A program made the position numbers and the translations under genes. The notes beneath the pieces are model-generated. The model saw only the letters and a program-made list of their open reading frames with translations. It made no database searches and had not been told where the DNA came from. Shown one piece after another: positions 58,040 to 64,000 of a stretch of DNA of 64,000 nucleotides. How positions within the stretch are numbered: position 1 is the stretch's first letter; each line of letters begins with the position of its first letter. The stretch comes from a phage: the NCBI GenBank assembly GCA_020241125.1, contig GCA_020241125.1_4708.1. One strand, written 5' to 3'.

Positions 58040-59341
58040 TTAACTAATATAAAGTTCGGGATCGTAAGGCGCTAACGATACACTGGCGTTATGCATTGCT
58101 TTCATCATAGTGTTCATGAAAACGTTGTTTACACCGGTGATCTCTGCCCCGATCGCGTCTGGGGTTGGAGCCATCGCGTTACCGCAACAGGTAGCACAGT
58201 ATTCCAGTGGGCCTGCTTTACAACGTTGAGGATCACGTAACTTGATGGTCTGTCCTTCCAAGGAAGCAAGTAATTCAGCATCAATAAGTTTAAGCGCTGC
58301 GCCGTCGATCATGTAACGGCCGACAAGCAGCTTATCTTTGATATGATCGCGGTTTACCGTGAACAGAATATGTTCGTGGGTACCACAGTCGTCCATCGTG
58401 ATTTTAAGGTTCTGTGTCGCACGTTGTGATTCTTTCGCCGTCTGTCCCGCTAAAGCGGTCAGTGCGCCACGTGAGAACGAACCTGCACGTGCGCTGTTGT
58501 TGTACTCCGCCCAATGGTCGACACGCATCCCTTCAGCCAGGCTGTGTGTGATAACGTTACGTTTACCAGGGTCAACGAAGTCGGCTTCAACCCCCATCAT
58601 GATGTGCGTTTTCTTTCGAGTATTACCGAAACTCTTACCGGGGTTAATATAGAACCCTTCCGATTCATCACCCTTAAAGGATTCCTTATCCATTTTGGTC
58701 AGCGTGGCTTCGAGTTTGATCAGTTCTTCAGGCGTGAACTTACCTTCCTCTTGTAAGCGTGCTAACTCTTTATCGCGATAGGCAATAATATCATCATCGA
58801 CCGTTAACGCTTTATCACTCATTGATGGAACAATTAAACGGTTGATAGCGGTTAACGCACTAATATTGTTGGTGAATTTCTTCACTTCGCTTGCGTACAA
58901 CGGACCAATTGGACGTTCGTTAGGATCGGGTATTCCCTCTTCAGGATCGTCAGCGACGCGTGGCGCAATCAGTGACTCCAGTGTACCGCTGGTCAACCGT
59001 CCTGCCTGGTATTCAATCTGAATACCGAAAGCATCATAAAGGACGTACATATTGAACAACGCTTCACCGAAGGTTGTGGTGGTTGTATTCTTAACCGACG
59101 GTAGATCACCAGGTGCAAGCTCCAATGGCTCCCAGAAACTCAACAGGGGTTTTGTTGGCTCGGTTTCCCATTGGTGTTCTTCACCGTCGATGGTAACCGT
59201 AACGACGTTACCTTGACGACGTAATTTAGGCTGATACTTCTCAGCGCCGCCTTCCGTAAAAGCAAATGCGTCGTTAATCCATTCAAGATAACGGTAGTGC
59301 CCTTCACGCATCGCGTAAAGGAAATATTCACGAGGTGTCAT
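58040..59341 (-). CDS. multisubunit RNA polymerase beta-prime C-terminal-like subunit (433 aa)
   Basis: Exact DDCGTHE motif; segment GSFSRGALTALAGQTAKESQRATQ aligns to the beta-prime bridge helix region; CATCCG near C-terminus; no NADFDGD, so this is a split C-terminal piece. Confidence 0.75.
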   Translation of the reverse strand: MTPREYFLYAMREGHYRYLEWINDAFAFTEGGAEKYQPKLRRQGNVVTVTIDGEEHQWETEPTKPLLSFWEPLELAPGDLPSVKNTTTTTFGEALFNMYVLYDAFGIQIEYQAGRLTSGTLESLIAPRVADDPEEGIPDPNERPIGPLYASEVKKFTNNISALTAINRLIVPSMSDKALTVDDDIIAYRDKELARLQEEGKFTPEELIKLEATLTKMDKESFKGDESEGFYINPGKSFGNTRKKTHIMMGVEADFVDPGKRNVITHSLAEGMRVDHWAEYNNSARAGSFSRGALTALAGQTAKESQRATQNLKITMDDCGTHEHILFTVNRDHIKDKLLVGRYMIDGAALKLIDAELLASLEGQTIKLRDPQRCKAGPLEYCATCCGNAMAPTPDAIGAEITGVNNVFMNTMMKAMHNASVSLAPYDPELYIS

Positions 59342-59354
59342 GTAACAACTCCTT

Positions 59355-60233
59355 TTAAACCCGGGTCAGGTCACCGTGACATGAAACGAACTCTGATAAC
59401 GCTCGGGTTGCTTCTTTGGATTCTTCAGCCATCGGGAAGTTTGCGGTAATAAGTTCTCGTAAGACAGGGACGAGTTCATTATCTTCGAGATCGGAAGCTA
59501 AGGCGAATGCAATCAGTTCTTGGGTGTATGCATACGGTTGCTGACGTAATGCAGTAAGCTGATCCCGACACTGCGACATTAGCAGGTCCAGTGGAACCGC
59601 TATCGTACCCCCTTCATCAATATACTGGCTGAACACTGGTGGGAACGCATCGCTGATGACACGAATACGTCGACGAATATGATCCGGAATCTGGACGTTT
59701 TCTTCATCGACGACGTTTTCGCTATCTTTCTCCAGCTTCTTGGTCAGTACCTCTTGAATGCGTGGAAGTAAGCTTGAATGCACGAAACCGATTAATGGGG
59801 TTACGTTAACAGCATCAACGCCGTAAATATAATGCGCGCATTCCGCTAGCGCTTCAGCTGTGGTGTAGTCTTCATCTTCAACGATAGCGAGTAGAAAAGC
59901 GGTATCGTCGTGTGTTTCCAGGTCTAATAACGTAGACGCTAGCGCATGAAGATATTTCAGGCTATCCAGAGTTAGCTGCCCTTCGTTAATTCGGATCCCG
60001 AAGGCAAGCAATTGTTGTTTATAAAGTTCGATACATCCGTTTGTTAAAATGATGTCTAATTCGTTTAAATCGTATTGTTCCCCAGCACCTGACAACATCG
60101 TACTGCAGAACGTTTCCAGTTGTTCACATTTAAAATCTTGGTATAAACGATGTATGCAGTGCTGTAACAGCGTACGCCTTGTTTCAGGGATCTTACCTTC
60201 TAACAAAGCCAAGACGGAATCAATCATATCCAC
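59355..60233 (-). CDS. hypothetical protein (292 aa)
   Basis: ORF. Confidence 0.7.
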   Translation of the reverse strand: MDMIDSVLALLEGKIPETRRTLLQHCIHRLYQDFKCEQLETFCSTMLSGAGEQYDLNELDIILTNGCIELYKQQLLAFGIRINEGQLTLDSLKYLHALASTLLDLETHDDTAFLLAIVEDEDYTTAEALAECAHYIYGVDAVNVTPLIGFVHSSLLPRIQEVLTKKLEKDSENVVDEENVQIPDHIRRRIRVISDAFPPVFSQYIDEGGTIAVPLDLLMSQCRDQLTALRQQPYAYTQELIAFALASDLEDNELVPVLRELITANFPMAEESKEATRALSEFVSCHGDLTRV

Positions 60234-60323
60234 TCCGATGCGGTAAATGTCTACTAGCTCTCATAATCTATTGAAGAAACTACCAGCTTACGCCAACTTA
60301 GATTAATCAGGAGTAACCATCCC

Positions 60324-60797
60324 ATGCCAGTTTCATCCAAACCAAGAAAAAAATCCGTAGGAAACCCTAAAGCTCAGGAAACAACAGCAATTCGTTGGGA
60401 CGAGTTACGTGAACCTATCGAAAACTGCGAATTGTTATTAGGTACCCTGGGTGCAGCTATTTACCAAGCGACGCAACCCTGTCGTTTACGATTAACCCAA
60501 AACAAACGTGATGAGTTCGTTGCATTATCAACAAGCACGAATAAAGATCTGACCGAACTTCAAACCGAGTTGACGACGATCAAGAACTCCATCACGCCGA
60601 TGTACGGTAAAGAAGTTGATGAACAAAGTATTCTGTTACAGTACAACTACGGGATGTCGTTAATGAACATCCTGGAACGCGCATCCGATATTCTGCGTCC
60701 TGACGTTGCACGCCTAAGCCAGCTGCGTGTCGAAGGGATGGAGAACCAGATCCGATTCGCTAACAGTGTTAAATCTCAAGGAGCCACCGAAGCATGA
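60324..60797 (+). CDS. hypothetical protein (157 aa)
   Basis: ORF with AGGAG SD; 4-nt overlap with next gene. Confidence 0.65.
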   Translation: MPVSSKPRKKSVGNPKAQETTAIRWDELREPIENCELLLGTLGAAIYQATQPCRLRLTQNKRDEFVALSTSTNKDLTELQTELTTIKNSITPMYGKEVDEQSILLQYNYGMSLMNILERASDILRPDVARLSQLRVEGMENQIRFANSVKSQGATEA

Positions 60798-62458
60798 GCG
60801 AACAAGAAAAAGAAGTCGTGACGAATCAGGAAGCCGTTGAGCGTTCAGAGTCGTCCGTTGAAACAACGATTCCGGCAAGTTCCGAGCCTGTTGGTTCCAC
60901 ACAGCAGGAAAGTAAAGACGAAGTAGTGGCTCCAGAAGCAACCCGTGAAGAAGAACCATCACATCCACCGCTGGTCGATTTCTCGAAGGCAACGATACGT
61001 TTCCAATGCGAAGACATTCGTCCTAAGAGTCCGAAGAAAACAAAACGTCAGCCGTTGGTGTTACCGCTGTATTCTCCACGTGTGCAGACAACGTATTACC
61101 GGGAATACATCAACGAAGCAATGGATACCGTGCAAGCCATTGTCGCTCAACGCGGTAAACCGACAGACGAACAATTTGATAAATTCAGTAAAGCGGTGGT
61201 GCAATCGGTTGCTGATGGACAATATCATCCGCGTGGCCCAGCTCACGATCGCGCCTTGGAACGTAAGGGCAGTCAGTGGACTAACGTACCCGTAGACTCA
61301 TCGGGTGTTGGTCGCGTTATTCCTGGCATTCCACAACCGAACCATATCCCTGATGATGTCGAAGCGCCGCTGACAGGAACCGATGCGATCTATTTTGCCA
61401 TCCGTAATACGAAATCAGGTGCGCCTGCGGTAATGCCGTTATGGCATAGCGGTATTAAGCTGCAGTTTAATCCGCCGTCAAATGAACGTGTTGCAATTAT
61501 GCACGAACGTATTGCACGCGATAAAATCCTGGGTGGACGTGATAGTACCGGTTTCCTGTTTTCAGCAACCTCGATTATCACCATGAAGCACGCTATCGAA
61601 TTAGCATTAGAATGCTGCTACATGGCCAACGTACCGAACCTGGATATCCAGCGTTTGAAAGACATTATTCCGGTTACCGATGTTCCAGCGTTATTGCTGA
61701 ACGTGCTGGTAACCATGTACCCGTACGGATATCCTTACGTACAGACCTGCTATCAGAATCCAGAAACCTGCGACTATCGTGTTGAAGATACCGTAAGCTT
61801 TGCGAAACTCTATCAAGTTGACAACAGCGCGATAACCAAACGTATGCGACAGATCATGACCGAAGGTCCGGTCATGACGGATGAACTTTTGCGTGAGTAT
61901 GCAAACGAACTGGGTGAAACAAACTCCCGTACGCTGGATCTGTCCGACAACGGTTCTGTTATCATTGAACTTGAAGTACCGAAGATTTCACGTCAGATCG
62001 CCATGGGCGAACGCTGGTTAAGCGATACCCTGGAAGATCTGCGTGATATTCTATCGCGTCCGTCAATGACCGAAGAAGAGCGTGATCGTGTTATTCGTGA
62101 ACGTCAGTTCTATAGCTGGATGCGTCAGTATGATGCGTGGATCAAATCGATGCACGTGTCAGTAAACGGTACCATGCGTCGTGTAAGCGATGCAGATACG
62201 GCAACGGTATTAGCACAGCTGTCACGAGACAGCGACCTTCGTGAACGTTATATTGACGGGTTGATGCAATTCATCGGTGATTCGACGATTGCGCTCGCAG
62301 CGATGCCTGCCTGGAAATGTCCGAAATGTAATGCCGATATTGCTGACAATCTGCGTGACCAGAAATACTACGATCTGATTGCTTTGGATGTACCCCAGCT
62401 TTTTTTTACCCTAAACTCCGTCCAATCTCTTCAGGAGGGGATGGACGCGGTATTCTAA
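60794..62458 (+). CDS. hypothetical protein (554 aa) with C-terminal CPKC element
   Basis: ORF with GGAG SD. Confidence 0.75.
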   Translation: MSEQEKEVVTNQEAVERSESSVETTIPASSEPVGSTQQESKDEVVAPEATREEEPSHPPLVDFSKATIRFQCEDIRPKSPKKTKRQPLVLPLYSPRVQTTYYREYINEAMDTVQAIVAQRGKPTDEQFDKFSKAVVQSVADGQYHPRGPAHDRALERKGSQWTNVPVDSSGVGRVIPGIPQPNHIPDDVEAPLTGTDAIYFAIRNTKSGAPAVMPLWHSGIKLQFNPPSNERVAIMHERIARDKILGGRDSTGFLFSATSIITMKHAIELALECCYMANVPNLDIQRLKDIIPVTDVPALLLNVLVTMYPYGYPYVQTCYQNPETCDYRVEDTVSFAKLYQVDNSAITKRMRQIMTEGPVMTDELLREYANELGETNSRTLDLSDNGSVIIELEVPKISRQIAMGERWLSDTLEDLRDILSRPSMTEEERDRVIRERQFYSWMRQYDAWIKSMHVSVNGTMRRVSDADTATVLAQLSRDSDLRERYIDGLMQFIGDSTIALAAMPAWKCPKCNADIADNLRDQKYYDLIALDVPQLFFTLNSVQSLQEGMDAVF

Positions 62459-62550
62459 TCGATCCGCGATACGGGTTACATGACGGACAACTTGTTCGTA
62501 ATGATGAAAAAATCTGGGAATTGCTATTAGCCCGTAAAGGCGACGGTGGC

Positions 62551-62880
62551 ATGAAACTGAACATCGAAATGGGTATTGCGTACGATACCATGTTTGGCTT
62601 GTACGATCGTGTTAACGACTGGACGCCGTTGAAATGGGTTGCTCAGCATCCCGCTGAAGATCCCTGGGACAGATTGGGGATTAAACCCTTAATCGAAGAT
62701 TATGTCCGATTCGGTATTAAAGAGTTCATGACGCTGGATGCGTTTTTACAAGCACCGTATCCTTACGCGCAAACGGTACTCAAAATCGCACAAGACGAAC
62801 TGCGGAAACGTAGTGCGGTACTGGACGACGATGAGGACAAGTTACGACGAGAAGAAGAACGTTTACGAAACGGAAAATAA
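62551..62880 (+). CDS. hypothetical protein (109 aa)
   Basis: ORF-track start is TTG 62521; ATG 62551 chosen. Confidence 0.55.
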   Translation: MKLNIEMGIAYDTMFGLYDRVNDWTPLKWVAQHPAEDPWDRLGIKPLIEDYVRFGIKEFMTLDAFLQAPYPYAQTVLKIAQDELRKRSAVLDDDEDKLRREEERLRNGK

Positions 62881-62881
62881 A

Positions 62882-63391
62882 ATGGCGAGATTTACCAGTT
62901 TGATTGGGTTGGATATTTGGGAAACACCGGCTGACGTTCGGGTTATTCCTGTTAACACCGTCGGTGTGATGGGACGTGGTCTTGCCAAACAGGCAGCCGA
63001 TCGTGTACCCGGTCTTCTTGAAGCGTACCGTAAGCAATGTCAAGATGGGTTTAAGGTGGGCGAAGTCGTGTCGTATCAACACGGTGATAACGATCAACTC
63101 ACCTACGTGTTGTTTCCATCAAAATCGGATTGGCGTGAAAGAACACGACGCGAGTATATCGTTAACGGTTTACTGGCGTTAAAAGCATGGTTACTGGAGC
63201 TTCAGTTCGAAAGAGACGGCTTCTCATATCGGCGTCCGGCTGAACCGCTGATCGTTGCAATTCCTCCGGTTGGTTCTGGTTGCGGTAATATCGGTTACGG
63301 ACAATCCGAAACAATCCAGCCTCAGTGGGTACGCGCACAAATCAAACAGTATCTTGCCACCGTACCGAACGTTCATTTCTACTTGTTCTAA
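62882..63391 (+). CDS. macro-domain protein (ADP-ribose binding/processing fold, 169 aa)
   Basis: GLDIW...VRVIPVNTVGVMGRGLAKQAADRVPGLLE matches macro-domain N-terminal blocks (GDIT...VNAAN...GGGV); LIVAIPPVGSGCGNIGYGQ matches the second macro motif; starts 1 nt after upstream stop. Confidence 0.7.
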   Translation: MARFTSLIGLDIWETPADVRVIPVNTVGVMGRGLAKQAADRVPGLLEAYRKQCQDGFKVGEVVSYQHGDNDQLTYVLFPSKSDWRERTRREYIVNGLLALKAWLLELQFERDGFSYRRPAEPLIVAIPPVGSGCGNIGYGQSETIQPQWVRAQIKQYLATVPNVHFYLF

Positions 63392-63401
63392 CGCAACGGT
63401 A

Positions 63402-63447
63402 ACATAACCCTCTCCCTTCCCTGCTGGGTTGGGAGAGGGCTTATGCT
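63402..63447. terminator. GC-rich palindromic hairpin family member between convergent genes
   Basis: CCCTCTCCCTTCCCTGCTGGGTTGGGAGAGGG (core is reverse-complement orientation of the 19496 copy), flanked ACATAA / CTTATG. Confidence 0.5.
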
Positions 63448-63456
63448 GTTATGCTA

Positions 63457-63831
63457 TTAATGTTCGTTCCAGATGGCATCTTCCGGTGGAACAATAGGAT
63501 CTTTCTTCGGCATTGATGGCACTTCATGGCGATGTTTACGGAACTGCCTATCAATAACCTCACGAAGCCGGTACGCATCAACCCATGTTGATTTATTGAA
63601 CAGCTCCAATGTCACAGTTAATCGTGTTCTTGACATTGAATAGCTTTTCTTTGCAATCAAATTGGGATAATTCAGTTGAGCGAACCACGCACGTATTTGT
63701 GCTTCGGTAAAAGCGATGCTGTAATAACTAAGTTTACCGTCATTAAAATCGTGCGCGTGGGTGTAACGTCCAGCGTAACGCCAGACAAGATGCACATTCA
63801 GATCGATCCATGGTGGGGTGGTATCAGCCAT
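63457..63831 (-). CDS. hypothetical protein (124 aa)
   Basis: ORF with GAGGG SD 7 nt upstream. Confidence 0.65.
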   Translation of the reverse strand: MADTTPPWIDLNVHLVWRYAGRYTHAHDFNDGKLSYYSIAFTEAQIRAWFAQLNYPNLIAKKSYSMSRTRLTVTLELFNKSTWVDAYRLREVIDRQFRKHRHEVPSMPKKDPIVPPEDAIWNEH

Positions 63832-63840
63832 GTGTTACCC

Positions 63841-64000
63841 TCAACGATTCTTCATCACTTTACCCAGGCTTTCGATATTATCCCAAAAGCGATTTTTACT
63901 TGGCGCATCGCCGACGATAACCGACATCAAATCACGACGTTCGCGACTGATGATGCCTTGTGATTTCCAGATCACCATCGTCCAGCAAGCGGCCAGAACG
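63841..64000 (-). CDS. hypothetical protein, C-terminal part (gene begins beyond window end)
   Basis: Manual translation gives a stop-free minus frame from window end to TGA at 63841-63843. Confidence 0.4.
   Translation of the reverse strand, partial: VLAACWTMVIWKSQGIISRERRDLMSVIVGDAPSKNRFWDNIESLGKVMKNR

Noticed and set aside
60794-62458. Possible ADP-ribosyltransferase signature (Arg ... SATS ... ELE) in the 554-aa protein upstream of the macro domain
   Set aside because: Motif order fits the R-S-ExE pattern but spacing is atypical and the elements are short enough to occur by chance; not called without profile or structure support.
1-64000. tRNA genes, CRISPR arrays, integrase, transposase or insertion elements
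   Set aside because: No tRNA-like T-arm or cloverleaf signatures in the few non-coding gaps, no direct-repeat/spacer arrays, and no ORF with recombinase or transposase motifs; the window appears to be uninterrupted lytic-phage sequence.

Overview
The window is a densely packed, almost gap-free block of a large dsDNA phage genome, with about 45 of 55 genes on the minus strand. It is most consistent with a phiKZ-like jumbo phage (the nucleus-forming group that encodes its own multisubunit RNA polymerase). The strongest anchors, all read directly from the ORF translations, are: an RNA polymerase beta-prime C-terminal fragment (58040..59341, exact 'DDCGTHE' plus bridge-helix-like segment); a family-B DNA polymerase fragment that stops before motif C (49400..51151); a DnaB-family helicase with an atypical P-loop (14492..16102); a macro-domain protein (62882..63391); an HExxH membrane metallopeptidase (47868..49178); and a 740-aa codon-optimised putative major capsid protein (11460..13682). 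Most other genes are large hypothetical, probably virion proteins, including several paralog families. Beyond genes, there are two recurrent non-coding signals: a family of at least 13 GC-rich palindromic hairpins flanked by CATAA/TTATG (plus two unrelated intercistronic hairpins), and a conserved ~31-bp motif present three times upstream of minus-strand genes. No tRNA, CRISPR array, integrase or transposase was recognised. All functional calls are from manual motif reading; no database search was run, and several ORF-track starts (GTG/TTG-extended) were trimmed to the first ATG with a Shine-Dalgarno sequence.
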